A stretch of DNA of 61,556 bases, the filler included, from Choristocarpus tenellus KU-1152 (Eukaryota; Protista; Phaeophyceae), in assembly GCA_964200185.2 (NCBI GenBank). It is 10 parts of 10 records of this genome, joined end to end, with 100 filler letters (N's around TTAATTAATTAA, not from the genome) between each part and the next. Parts side by side here need not be neighbours in the genome. Positions count along the whole stretch, not along the records: positions 29,431 to 42,211 come from CAXNAD020001707.1; positions 42,312 to 46,328 come from CAXNAD020016650.1; positions 46,429 to 55,230 come from CAXNAD020004319.1; 7 more parts are not named here. One strand, given 5' to 3'. The position numbers were made by a program, and so were the translations under genes. This document shows positions 38,401 to 52,181 of this stretch, one piece after another (positions within the stretch are counted from its first letter, which is position 1; every line of letters begins with the position of its first letter). The notes beneath the pieces are model-generated. The model did no database searches. It saw only the letters and a program-made list of their open reading frames with translations, and had not been told where the DNA came from.

Positions 38401-41400
38401 AATATGTTGATTTGCTTTTGTGTGCACAAGAACTGTTTAAAGTCCACGCCATTGCTTTGAACAAGTGTGGAAGGGTCATCCTGTCATCACTGTCAACCAC
38501 AGGGAAAATAGGTGGAACTGTAACTATGTTGTTGAAGTTCGAAGTGCAACCGTACCATCCATCAAAAACAGAACTTACTTTGAGCGTACTGTGAGGTCAA
38601 ACCTAAACTACAATTATAACTACACTTGAATGGTTTCTTGCTTGTGGTGATGTCATTGCAAGACTGAAGCGTATTGTTGAGAATCCCTAACCCTAACCCT
38701 TTCTTGGAGTACTGTGGTAAATACAGTGTCGGTTGTTGTGACCGTGTCAACATATCTCACATCTGACAGTTTCATATACCGTTACATATGATTAGACAAA
38801 CATTCTCACCCAATCAGAAACCAACTAAACAGTGAAAATACAACCATGTAGGGTCCATGGTATTTTTGAATGATTGAAAAGGAGGTCTTGATCTTGAAAA
38901 GATAGTGCATTTTGCAACTTCTTTATTCTTGCTGGCACATTTTACCTTTCTGCTGACAGGTGTTTTTTGAATCGAAATATCGATTTTTTTTTCTGTTCTT
39001 CAAAGTACAATACTGGTGTTAGTAGTAAATACATTGTGTCCATTTTGTTTAATGTGAATATTTTTTTTGTGGCAGGTGAGGCCGGATCTCCCCAACAAGG
39101 CGATTGTGATGAAGCCTAGCCTTTTTGAGCCTCTTCTTACTCACAGGGTAACACAGGTATAGTGATAAATATATTTTTATTATAAGGGTGTTTTGATCAT
39201 GTCAAAATTGTTCAGTGTTTCTTCAATGCTGTGAAGAAGGAAGTATTTTTCCCCGTCAAATGAATAAAACATATGTTTTCGTGATATTGCTGTTATAATT
39301 TATGCAGTGTGCAGTTTGACATTTTTCTTTTTTTTGGAATCATATTGCAGTATTACTGGATAAGCTCTATGTTGGTGCTGCTTCATATTGTTTTATGTGT
39401 GAAGGAAAAGGTTTTTGTTGCACTTGAACACTAAAGTTGCTTGTTCTTATCACACTGGGATCTCAATGCCAGATGGTCTACGCCAAGGCAGCAAATTTCA
39501 CCACAACAATAGGTTGTGGTTAAACCCTTGGCAAGGACCAATGTGAAATACATTGTCCAGGTCTCATACTTGGCAGGTGGTATTTCAGGCATGTGCTTAA
39601 GTCAGATACTACTTGGAAGTGTGGGCCGGAACCAACAAGGTCCTAAGGAGTTAGTGGAATGTAAGTAGGCCAGGTAGTCCTTGAATGTCCTGTTTCTATC
39701 CTATTAATATGACTAACGTTTGTCTCCATTCTAACAATTTTTGTTGTCAGATTGCCTGTGGCCTCTATCACACTGCTTGTGTGACCTCAGCTGGAGTGGC
39801 CATGACATGGGGTGGTAATGAAGCAGGGCAGGTGAACAAGAGGGCACTAAAATAGCACTATAATGCTGTAAAACAGTATGAATAGTATGTAATAGTATAT
39901 ATTAGTTTCAGTAGTACTTGTTCAAGCCTTTCCTCATTCGAATATTTCAGCAATTATTGAATCTAATCAGTTTTTATTTTCTGATTGCTCTAGAGCTCAA
40001 CTGTAGTACTCCAGAATACATGACTAATCGCTCTAGAGTGCTACAACGGTATACCATCCAAACCTCTGTGCTGTAGAAACCATAGTCCAAACGATAGCCT
40101 CCATAGATTTCACCTCAGTCTTGAAAGTGTGAAATCGTTTTTAGTGTAGTGCTATTAGTGTAATGCTACTAGTGTAGTGCTATTGGTGTAGTGCTACTAG
40201 TGTAGTGCTACTGGTGACGATGGTTGCCATGCAGCGTTTTTGACGCTTGGATATGACCTACCTACCTACAACACAATAACCCTAACCCTATCTTCAACCT
40301 TTAAAGCGCACCTCACAACCCACTTCCATCCTCACCCCGCACCTGAGAACTCCTTCCAATATCTGTAGCTAACGTTTCACACACACACACACACACATGT
40401 ACATTACTTTTGAGCATGAAAGGCCCAGTAGGTACCTTAGAAGCAGGACCAAGCATGGGTGCACACTGATGTGATACCTAATATTTGGAAGTGTCACAAT
40501 TAGGTACCCTTCTGGCAAGGTGTTCAAGTATCCTCTTGTCATTTTTTTGTTTGCCTTGACATACAGGCAGACAATATTGCTAACTATTTCTGACTGTACT
40601 CACACAAGACATCTGGTAAACTACGATAAGAAATTTGGTGGAGACAGGTTGAAAACTTTTCAGATTTATGAAGTGTTCAGGAGGTGACTGCCATGCTCGG
40701 CACAGAGTCAACTCACTTTATCATGTCCTCTATTTTGGCCCCATTAGATTCCGTTAGACAGGAGTGAATTGGTCTAGGTTTTGATTTGATAGCATCGACT
40801 CTACGCGTAGAACTTTCAATTTCTGTACCTCTACCTCCCGCTCCCCTTGTCCCCTTGTCTCCCCTTTGGTTTGTGCTGTACACCTCTCAGCTGGGTCATA
40901 CACATGGAACTACAAGCATGGTGAATCCCAAGGCAGTACAGGTGAGCAGGCTGCTTGAGGGGTGGAGTGGGGTGGAGAGTGGTAGCATAGGTTGATACAA
41001 GGTGATGTTAAATGAGTTAGGATGATATGATGTGAGATGTGTGTGTATGAAGGTCATTTGTGTTACCAACGATTCTTTCAATGCTTTGAATATTTCGTGC
41101 AGCCCTTATTTAAATCTTTTTGGAGGGGTAGAATTTGGTGAAGTACTGACTGGGAAACTGTCCCTATGGAGCATGCAGGCAAGCAGAATCTGGCTCATGA
41201 CAGAGTTATGCGACTTTTAAAATTGCTACTACTACTGCTACTACTACTATTCCTATTATATGTGTGATACTTAGAGCTCAGGAGATTAGTGAGGTGTTGA
41301 TCAAAACCATACATCATCCCCCCTGCCCGAGAGCTGATTGTATGCACTTGTGTGTGTATTTGTTTGGTTTTGTTGTTGTACGCTAATGTGTTGTTTGTGT

Positions 41401-41555
41401 TACGGATGTTGTGTTTTTTTCTGTGCTATGTAATGCCATGGACACCTCTTGCTTGAAAGGTGCAAGGTGCTGGACAGGCTTGGTCGCACAGGAGGCGGGC
41501 GGTGAGGGTGGCTTGCGGTGACTTGTTTACTCTCGTGCTCACCTCCAAGGCCGAG
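29431..41555 (+). CDS. RCC1/BLIP-II repeat protein (possibly the N-terminus of a HERC-type E3), partial; exons <29431-29638, 33130-33383, 34902-34982, 39076-39156, 39751-39831, 40891-40941, 41460-41555
   Basis: VYSFGRG, VSTSLFHTMAVTATGDVLGCGQNDEGQ, IACGLYHTACVTSAGVAMTWGGNEAGQLG and VACGDLFTLVLT; phases are consistent. Confidence 0.88.
37621..37882 (-). mobile_element. MITE family 1 full-length copy (intronic)
   Basis: gaatcaaagtatcttagagggtag...ccctaagatactttcactc, flanked by gtca on both sides. Confidence 0.9.
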
Positions 41556-42411
41556 GTGATGAGAAATGAGAAGCCTGTCTCAGCCTCAGGCATGGCAGTG
41601 CTTGATTCGTACCAACCCTAACCCTACCTCAAGTTGGATATTATTGTAGTGTTACTAGTAGCGTTTGCTGGGGATAGGGATGTAATTTGCTAATGCTGGT
41701 ATTGGAAAGACTTGGGTTTGTGCAGACAAGGGGCACATGACACATGAGGACGACAACAAATGGAAGTGTGTCTATTGCTGTCTATTGCTCTGGTTCTCCA
41801 TCTCCGTAACCTGAAAGACCCAATTGTCGATGATGCCTTGGTGCTTTTTCCACCCCTCTCTCCTCTGTCACCTCTTGCTTATGTTGTGGACAAGTATCCT
41901 CAAGGGTTTTGTGGTCATGTGCACTGGCCATTGTTGATGTATATGCAGTTTGAGTGTATGTGGCGTCTTTGTTCATTACTCGCATGGGTCATTGTAGTAT
42001 TCTACCTGAATTGCTGAGTTCTCCCGTCTATTCTATTTTGAATTTGTTTTGAATATTCCCAGAACATTCAGGAAATGCTCCATTTTTTCACTTTTCCTCC
42101 TATTTTTAGAAGGGAAGTAAACTAGCAACTCCCTTTCACCCTCACCAATACCTCCCCCCCCCCCCCTTTTTTTTTTTCCCCTAATTATTTTTTTTTTTTT
42201 TTTTTTTGTTTNNNNNNNNNNNNNNNNNNNNNNNNNNNNNNNNNNNNNNNNNNNNTTAATTAATTAANNNNNNNNNNNNNNNNNNNNNNNNNNNNNNNNN
42301 NNNNNNNNNNNCCCATTCTCTCCCCCTCCCCCCAATAAAAAACAAAGACCTGAGAAAGGTCTAAACAGACCACAGTGGTTTGTTCTCCTGGCACTTGTGG
42401 CTCTTGTGCAG

Positions 42412-45400
42412 CAGTCCTCAAGATCTTGTGTTGGCGGTTTGTATGAAAGCAACAGCTGTGGTGACAACAGTAATCGACAAGAGAACGCCAACGGTACCGT
42501 GAACTCCATCCCCAACCTTCAAACACTCTTGGCAGACCCTTGTCCACGCCGTCCCCTCCCTTATTTTTCGCTTGGCGACCCATCCCCAACCTTGGGAGGC
42601 GATGATGGTGGCGGTTACAGTGGTTACGGCAGTTATGGCGGTGGTGGTGCCCTAGCAAGGGCTAGAGGAGGAACTGGGGAAAGCGGGGACAGGGCTTGGG
42701 GTGACAAGGACAAGAGCAATGGTTTTGGTGGTGGCAGTAGTAGTGACGAGGATTTCAAGTTGTCTGTGACTGTGTATAGCCACAGGGTTGTGGGGGAGGG
42801 CTATGGGGCACACACAGAGTATACCCTTCTTGCACAGGCGTCTGTTCTGCATTGTGCACGGCGTGAGCTGGAAGTGGGGCGACGGTAATTTATAGTCAAA
42901 ATGCCACATTCTTGTTAGGGGTCAGGAGGGGGGAATTTGGGGAAAGAGGGGAGAGGAATGTGCATGTTCAGCTCAGACAATTGGGATTGGTATACTTGTT
43001 TTGTACAGGTGGCTTTGACACCCCCCCTACATACCTTCTTGAGGAGTTTTCAGATTTATTGCTTCCTTTTTCTGTTTCCTTCATTATTCCTTGTATGTGC
43101 TCCCGGCACCTTTCCACCACCCACCATCCTCACCCTTGGCCCTTGACTTTCTTAACCTACTCTGTTCTGCACCTGTATTTTGCCTGTACACACAAACGGA
43201 GACAAGGCAAGATAATGTGTCCTGTTTCCTCACTGTAGTACTTCTGTTCTCCAAAAATCCCCCCTTCCTCCCCATTCCCCCCCTCGCTTCTCTTCTTCTA
43301 ATGAATGTCTGTGACCCCACCCTCATGAACATCAGCTCCCCGAAGCCATGACACTTCGTAACTCCTTAGCTCACCCTGTGCATTTCTGTTGTAAGCTCTC
43401 TGTTCGTACAGCTTTTTGGCTGTGTCTTGAGCATTTCTGCTTATGTGCAAACAAGTTTCCACATGCACAACTGAATGCAGGATCTCATTCCTTGCTTCTC
43501 TTTTCATTGATATCTTTGCTTAATCGTGGAACTTGATGATCTAATGTAACACAGGTTCAGTGACTTTGAGTGGCTTCATATGTGCTTTCAGAGTCTTCCT
43601 GGTGTCCTCCCTCCTCCATTGCCCCCCAAACGGTGGGTGAGGAGTGGAAGTAGGGACTTCAAGGCGGAACGAATGAAGGGATTGCAGAGATACATCAATC
43701 GGGTGGCGCAACATCCGGTTCTGCGGAGGCAGTACGCCTTACAGGTTTGTGGAGTTATGGATGGTAAGAAGAGGTTGCTTTGAGCAGAGTGTATATTTGT
43801 AATTTTTCCTTCAGATTACGTACTTATTTCATTTTTAGTTTTTTAGTGCATCCGCCTTTACTGTAGAGTTCCTGCTGTCTTGGAAATGTACCCCTTTCTG
43901 TCAAAAAATTGATTTGGTTTTGTTAGCCTTGCATTACGTTTTTTTAGGATCATTGATGTTTGCTGGAAGGAACTGTTAAAACCAAGGTATGGATTGCCCT
44001 GAATCTGAAGTAGGTGTAGTGTGATAAGAGAAAAGTAATTTCTTCTAGCCCTAGTTGGTTAATATTTTACCTTGGATACATAACACCACCAGAGTTTGAG
44101 TTGAATCCTGTGTATTAGTTTTTAATTCGATCATTGGTGATTCATGCAGTAGACGATACTAGCATACGTCTTGCCAATGCCTTCTGTAAGAGCCAACTCA
44201 GTGTGTTGGTTGCATAAATTGTGTATCCCTTGTTAAGCCTCAAATAGTTCAATCTGGCAACATATCAATCTTTCTGTTCCATCAATTGTCATAGGACACA
44301 CAGAAAGGCATAACCTATCAGAAAACGATGTTGGGGTGACTGTGACGAAGAACGAAAAAACCCAGCTGTGAAGTGTATTCTGTCTTTTTCCAAAATTAAA
44401 AGTAGCTAAGAACTGTGTGTACGTTTGGATTGACACTTGAATACTAGATTCTTAGACCTACCAATGGTTTGTACAGGTGTTTGTCGAAATACCAGTAGTA
44501 GTTTGTTGAGATATTACGATATTGCACTGGGCCCGAAAAATTGTGCATCAATCTGTCTGTTTTGGTAAAGTGGTATGCCAATTTTTTTCAGAGTTTTGCA
44601 CCAATCATCAGGAGCATTCAGTCATAGATAAAAATGATGCAAGTTTGGTGGTGAAGGATATCGAGAGTAATCTATCATATATATATATATATACATTGAA
44701 TTATATAGTAGTTCTAATCAATCCCCATCCCAACCTCCATCCTCATCCCCATTGTCCACTAGTGTAGTCACATAATCTGTTTTTTGTCTTTCCCATGTAT
44801 TGCGTTCCAATGTCTTACAAATGTGATGAGATTATATTAACATCTCCACTATATAATGATGATAACAGCTTGCTGTGCTCAGCGTCGCATGGAGTGAATA
44901 GGATATGTTTGCCCTGCGATTTCCTATACTGTATGACTGTACCACCTCAATCTCAGCACTATCCTCTAACCTTAAACCCCTCCAGGTATTCCTGGAAGGC
45001 ACGGCACAGGGCTTGAAAGCTGCCAAAGCGCTGCTACCTTGGACCCCCAGTGGTGGTTATGCCACCCTTCCAGCTAGCCCTTGCTCGCATTCCCTCTCAT
45101 GCTCGCCTTCTGATGACTACCCTTCCGTACTGCGCTTAGGGCCAGCTGGGGGTGGTAGTGGGGGTGGGGCTGGAAGCTGTAGTGGGGGCTGGGGGGGGGC
45201 AGGAGGGGATTACGGGCGGGGCAGAGAGAGACGTCTCAGTCTTGGAAGCTCAGATAAAAGCTGTTCAAATGGGTGGGTTTGAATTCCTATGCAAAGAAGT
45301 ACTTTATAATACGCATGTTTCTAAAACTGTTCATAGATTCTTGCATATACATGCTGTTATTGCTATCTTGTTGAACATTTAGTTTCTTCATGTTGCCAAA

Positions 45401-46151
45401 CCTAAGACTGCTTACAATCCCGACATGTGACCATTATATTCCATGTTTTTGCTGTACATTCCACTATTCTGTACTCCATAGTGTTACTGAAGTTCCCATC
45501 CGTAACCCTAACCTCTTGGTTCAACAGTTACGGGGGTTACATGGCCTCCTCAGTTACCTCTATCATCGGTATCCTGGGAGCAGTCAAGACTAAGGCGAAG
45601 GCCGCAGTTGGAATGGGAGCCAGCGCTGCCCCGATCGCGGTTGAGGCAGACCCTGACTTTGAGGCACAAGTGGCACGCATTGATGAGCTCATGAGACCGC
45701 TTACAGGGTAAGTGTTTTGTTTTGTGTGCTTTGATCTACATTTTCCCATTAAATAGTGATGGATCTGTCCCAATCATCTCATCCGTATATTATCTCTATG
45801 CCTTACCTTACACTATAGTGTGTACATGGCTAGCCTTAACTGTAAGCCTATTTTTTTTTAGTATGTACACTTAACGTTTTGTGCATTACTATCCCTAACC
45901 CTATGCATTACCCTATCCGTAACCTTTTGTTTAAATGAAATAAACCATACTTGTGTTTGTATTATTGCTTCATAATTCCAATCATTTAATAACCCTTGGC
46001 TTTGACCCATTTTGTTTCATTTAATGTATTTTTTGAAATATTTGTGAATGCCGCATTTCTGTCCAGGGTGGTGAGGGCAGTTCAAGCAGAGGCAGGACTG
46101 AAGAGGGGACACGCCTACGAGATGTCCAGATTGGGACACTACCTCACTCAG
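42412..46151 (+). CDS. PX-domain sorting nexin (probable PX-BAR, SNX1/Vps5-like), partial; exons about 42412-42884, 43555-43744, 44986-45272, 45528-45707, 46067-46151
   Basis: Spliced PX motif HTEYTL...VGRRFSDFEWLH...PGVLPPPLPPK...ERMKGLQRYINRVAQHPVLR...LQVFL, followed by a BAR-like start DPDFEAQVARIDEL. Confidence 0.88.
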
Positions 46152-46428
46152 GTACTATGCCTGCACCATACTGGCAGCCTACCACAAGGATAAAATATTC
46201 TGGTGTGGTTACATCTTTCCTCAAGCAAAAGGCCTTTTGAAGCTATAGATAGGCTTTCTCCCCCCCCCCCCCCCCCCCCCCCCCCCCTTCCTTCTTCCCT
46301 GTTTATACATTTTTAATTTTAATAATAANNNNNNNNNNNNNNNNNNNNNNNNNNNNNNNNNNNNNNNNNNNNTTAATTAATTAANNNNNNNNNNNNNNNN
46401 NNNNNNNNNNNNNNNNNNNNNNNNNNNN

Positions 46429-46498
46429 CAAAAATTGCGACATACAAAAATTGACCCCAAATGGACAGCCGCCACCCCCTCCCAGATACTTTGAGCCC
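46429..46498 (-). mobile_element. MITE family 2 end at contig start
   Basis: aaaaattgaccccaaatggacag...cccagatactttgagccc. Confidence 0.8.
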
Positions 46499-47096
46499 TA
46501 CCTTGGTGCACATTGTATTAACTATTGATATGATGCATGATTTACTACCTACTAAGATGGTACTATTGCATATTAACTATTAGTGTGGTGCATATTATGA
46601 AAACTGTTAATATGGTAATAGATCAGGTTTGGAGGGAGTCATTTTTGATAGATCTGCTGTGTTGATAGTTCAAATTGTAGTTTGTCCTATGATATGTGCA
46701 ACCTCTCACTCCCTTTAAGTTTCTCTATACTCTTAGTATTAGTATATTTTTATTGTGCATGTTGGAGGAGAAGTTGGAGGGTTAGGGTTAGGGTTTGGTG
46801 ACTGTACTGTAGTGTTAATATACTGGTTGGTGTATTGATGTTTTATTATTATTATTTCAAGGTGTATGTCCCATATGTCAGCTACCCTCTGTTTTGCCAT
46901 GTTACCTAGTATGATCCTTTCACCTAATGCACTCTTTCACCATAGCATTGGCATAATATCATAGTCTAAAATAATAGTGGACAAACACCCCACAAAGAGC
47001 AGAGTGGATAGTATGTTGGATTTACATTTCTCACTCAGGGTGGGTAGGAGGGAGATTATTATATTCATTATTTTATATGATAGAATTGGAATGCAG

Positions 47097-50000
47097 GTCC
47101 TGTGGCAATGACTTCTACAATCAAGAGGCAGTACATGATGCAACCACAGATAGGAAAGGGTTACAACACACTTGTCAGGCGAAGACTTGTGTCCAATACC
47201 ATCAAAGAAGGGTGGGTGTGCGAAATGTTAATGCCTTGCATTAATCCTGTAATAATATTGTATTATTGAAATATTGTAATGTGAATGGTACAGTACTGCA
47301 GTTGTGCAATGGGCGACTTATTTTATTCATGTTAGCAGTATATATTTTAGGATAAAGTAATCTAGTTTTAATAATACCTTGAAAAGCTTTGAAGTACTAC
47401 TATGGTTGTATTTTATTATTATGTATTTATTAGCACTCTGCACTGCATGCTTTCATGTTAGTGGAAGGATGTAGCACTGTTCTTGCCCTGTCAAGGTGTT
47501 TTTTTTATTCTGAGACTTGCACTACTTGAAAACTACCAATAATTGTTTCTGAGTTTGTTTTGGTTTATTTAAAGTGTGTTTTAAGTGTGATTTGTTGCAC
47601 TAGTTGGTAGAAAGGTTACCTTGTTTTTGTTAGTAAGACCAATAATAAACATACAGGAATATTTCAATAGGGACCTTTGTATCCCAGGGTATTTTGACAC
47701 GCTTAGAGCCCTTCAGAATTGATTATACTCTAGTTGATGTCTAGAAATTTCCTGGAATTTTCACACACCATTCTAGATCACTGAAAAATGTCTAATATAG
47801 TCCTACAATCTTTTTAGGGTTAGGGTTTTATCTTGTCCTACTTAATACTAATAGTGAATAAGACTGCACTATGTTGTTGAACCCTTACAGTATTAATAGT
47901 ACATGAATAGTACCTCAAAGTACCTAGTAATACCTACCAGTTGGAAATTCATTATTAATTATTTATTGAGTATTGAGTGAGTCACTTCTGGGTTAGGGTT
48001 AGGGTTAGGGTTTGGTTGATAGTGTGATAGTTTTAGGTATTGTGATCAAGTATTGTGGTCAAGTTGCCCCTCTTGTCGCCAATGTGACAATGCCAGTGGT
48101 CTATCAATGATAACAAACCTCAATACTTGATGCTCATTAAAGTTGCTTATACCTGAAGGAGTACAGCATGGTATTGATGTGTGATACTAATGTGTGATAT
48201 TGATGTGTTTTGTTTTGCCTGGTGAATGAAATGAAATGAAATGTCAAAGGGGTACAAGGCCAGTATCGATGGCAGAGGTGAACCAAGCAACACAACACAA
48301 CATGAAGAGCAAGGGTACTGCATTTGACCAAGCCTTCCATAGCGCTCAGAAGGTTCTTTGATATTGATATGCCAATATGGATTGCTTGTGCGAATGATAC
48401 TTTGATATTGATACAGATTGATAATACTTCTGATACTTTGATATTGATACAGATTACTAGTGTTGGTGATACTTTGATCTGGATGCAGATTGATAGTAGT
48501 AATGTTACTTTGATATTGATAGAGATTGATAGTGCTAATGATACTATGTATGTACATGTAGCTACATTTTAAGTTTTATGTCCTCCTGAAGCAAAAGACC
48601 CAAACCTGTTTATTGATAGTCTTTCCTTTCTTTTCAGAGTACTATTCAATCAATATGACTAGTTATTAAGAGTACTATATGCAGTAGACTAGTCAATAAT
48701 TGGAGATTTTACTCAATATTTGAATATTCTAGTCATTATTTGAAGATAGTGAATGGCAAGTCTGTTTTTTACACCCTGTTACGTTTTTTTTTAATGAGGA
48801 ATGTTGTTGAGAAAAGGTATGTGATTGGTTAGGGTTAGGGTTAGGGTTAGGGCTAGGCATGTAATAGTCATGTTTCTGATTACCCTTAGAGGCACAGGAA
48901 GTAGTAGTAATAGCATCAATAAAAACATAATAGCACTTACAGTGGAGGAAGTGGTGATGGGGAGATTTTGTCAAAGCTTTTGTATCAATTCACATGGTAA
49001 GTTCAGAAATAGCAAGATTTATCAAAAAGTGTATTTGAATTACTACATCAGGAATGGTATTTTGCAAATGCATGGTGGATCAGGAATTTTTGATCCTATT
49101 TTTATTGTTGCTATTGTGTGATGATATTCTGACAACGATGCAAGTTGTCCTGGTTTGTAGAATGAATCTTAAATTCACTTTTTGGTTGTAACTTAATTAG
49201 AAAAAAGAGTCAGATTTGTGCAAAGAGGCCATTCCTAGGTATAAAACCATGCATCAAATATATGCATTATTTATTTATTTACAATGCTGTCAATTTAAAA
49301 TTTAATTTTTTCACACTTTGGGACTGGGATGAATATCTTTTGCCTCTAGTACAAACACCAAAGGAATCAATGCATGTCTTTTGCCTTTGAAATAGATTAG
49401 GGCTGTGTAATAGATTAGTACTGTGTAATAGATTAGTACTGTGTAATAGATTAGTACTGTGTAATAGATTAGGGCTGTGTAATAGATTAGTACTGTGTAA
49501 TAGATTAGTACTGTGTAATAGATTAGTACTGTGTAATAGATTAGGGCTGTGTAATAGATTAGTACTGTGTAATAGATTAGTACTGTGTAATAGATTAGTA
49601 TTGTGTTAGTCAAGAGAGAGCACCGCATATTCTATATTCTTGAAATAGAGGAAGTACAAGCATTCATGGTCTCTTCAAATTTCTCTTATTCATACTCTAC
49701 ACATATCATAAATAAATATCATAGAACTTCGTATCAAATCATGTTATGTTTTCCCTGGTGTTGTTAGGCCAAGCTTGAGGCAAGAGGGGAAGCTGCCAAG
49801 GGCTTGAGGGAGAGGCTAGATCCTGCAATCCTTAGGTCACGGCTGTTTGAAATGTACAGTCAGAAGGATCACTACATGGTGAAGGATCTCAACAGACTGT
49901 TGCAGCAACCTGAGGTAGGTGGAAGGGAACATTCAGTCCAAGACTCTTTTGTAATTGTAATATTATATAATGTTATATAATGCACTCGATTGAATTGTGT

Positions 50001-52181
50001 CCAATTGTGTTGAATTGATTGATTTGTGCTGATTTGATTGATGTCCTGTCTTGATGCTGTAAATGTTGATTGCAAATGCTGATTGTAAACTGGAAGGGCT
50101 GGGCAAGAGGGAAAAATAAAAACATTATTACATGTAACAACTGTGTTATAAGATGTTATAAGATTGAGGTCATTGGGTGCCTCATTGCCCTCCAAGGTGA
50201 TGGATATTGACCTTACATGACGCGGCTGTTCCTATTATCTATCTGTATACATTTTAGAGCATGTAAGACTAATATAAGACTTTGGTGACTGAGCCTGAAG
50301 TACGTGGTAGGTAAGCTTTAGTCATTTAGCTGTTGGGGAAGGAAGATCTGACCCAACTAAGGTACTCAAGTGATATTATTTTATTAGTATTAGTATTAAT
50401 AATAAGAATATTATTATTAGTGCAAGTACGATTTCAGCTGATGGGAAGGGATAGGCTCTCTCATTGTTTGTGTAATGAGATATCGGACCTTTGTGTAGGT
50501 GCTTAACTTTATGCTGTTCAAGGTTGGTGTGTGTGATTCTTCAACTTAACTTGAACTTGAGCTTGAACATTATGATCCTGTACTAGCCATGTGTGTGATA
50601 CTAAGTGGTCTTATGATAGTATTATGTATACTGCAGTATGTTTCAGTTTTTTTTACGACACAATGTCAGTAAGAAAAAACCTGCTGACTATGTATGTAGC
50701 ATTTTACCTCATAATACCATTCCTGGTAAGTGTCATAACACCATACAATTGCTGATTGAAAAGGTGATTGAAAAGGTGACAGAAAGTGGGAGATAAAAGA
50801 AGAATCATCAATCCCCCCAATATATTTTTAATTCCAAACCCTGGTTTCAGTTCCTATCAATACTATTGCTACTACTCATATATATGTAGTCTATAATAAT
50901 AGTAATTATTATTAACAATGACTCGCGTGTTTGTGTTCATTTGTTTCTGTAGTGTCTTTTAAGTAATTGACACCATTTATCTTTACGTGTGGGTTCAGTG
51001 TAGTGTAGTGTATTTGTCAGGATACTAGCAGGTGTTGGTGGGGTATTTCCTCATACAATTCTCATACATGCCATGGGTACCAATACAACGCATTGAAAGT
51101 TTTCTTTGGCTTTTGAAAGCTTGCCCTAGTTTGAGATATTGTCAACTGTATTGTCATATCAATTCATCTATCCCATGCGAGCAACTGGTGCTTCATTCTG
51201 GTTAACAACAGTACTGAGAACAAGCAAAATAACAAAAACAAATATCTCATCTAAACCCTAACCCTAACCCTAACCAATTGAAAATATAATGAATATTGAA
51301 AAGTGCAACTGTATCAAAGTCTTCACTCAAATGATTCTACTGTCTGCCAAACAATGTGCCCATGTTTGAAAAGAGTTTTTTGTAGTGTGTTGGATGTAGG
51401 GTGTAGTTTGTGTACTTACACTCACTACCTGCACTTTGCAAGGATGGATGCATTGAGGGGTATGGTATGGTAAGGTGTGGTATAGTACATTCTACAAGTA
51501 GTATGGTACTACTAATGCTATTCATATAGGATGTGTATCTATCTAGTCTCATGTGTTGCTCTGCAGGTTGAAGATGGAACAAGTAAACAGATCTTCACAA
51601 GATGCACTCACATGCTTTACAACATGCACTCGGTCACCTGCTGATATTTATTAGTTGTAAAGTTGCAACCTTTTTGCTCTTCACTCTTGTCTGCAAGTTC
51701 ACTTCAACATCGAGATGTGTTGAAGTCCCTACCATTCTAGGTACTGCTATTTTGTAGAATATGAATGCAGTGTTTATTCTTTTGAATTACCCCAGTACAT
51801 CATACTATTTTAACTGTAATTATATAATACAACTGCACAACTGATTTTCAATTCATCAATTAAAGTTATATAGTTCAAAATGTGTTCGGTTTAGCAGTAA
51901 ATCCTGAAGTACTCATACTGAAAAATGTGCACGTTTGTGTTCCATTTTGACCCCCATATGGTTGTTATTATCACAATCATAATGTTGTCATTCTCACTCT
52001 CTTTGTATGTTATTTTATGCATGTTATTTTATGCATGTTATTTTATGCCTTTGACCAGCGGCACCTACGGGAAGTTCTTGGTCAGATTGCTAGGATGCAC
52101 ACAACTGGGCCACTGCGCAATCACTTTGAACTGAAGCCAGAGTTCAAGGGGGGGGCTATTGGGGAAGGGGCGGGCACATAA
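47097..52181 (+). CDS. GTF2F2: General transcription factor IIF beta subunit (RAP30/Tfg2), 5'-partial; exons 47097-47211, 48250-48352, 49768-49914, 52059-52181
   Basis: The winged-helix region RERLDPAILRSRLFEMYSQKDHYMVKDLNRLLQQPE/RHLREVLGQIARMHTTGPLRNHFELKPEF matches the TFIIF-beta C-terminus. These exons are absent from the ORF track. Confidence 0.85.
48393..48545. repeat. Degenerate tandem repeat of about 36 bp (tgatactttgatattgatacagattga...)
   Basis: About four visible units, intronic. Confidence 0.7.
49391..49606. repeat. 18-bp minisatellite (tagattagtactgtgtaa) with a 72-bp higher-order period
   Basis: About 12 units; a gg variant appears every fourth unit. Confidence 0.92.

Noticed and set aside
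49311-49628. 105-aa LIYYTV repeat protein
   Set aside because: Translation of an intronic 18-bp minisatellite on the antisense strand of the TFIIF-beta gene.
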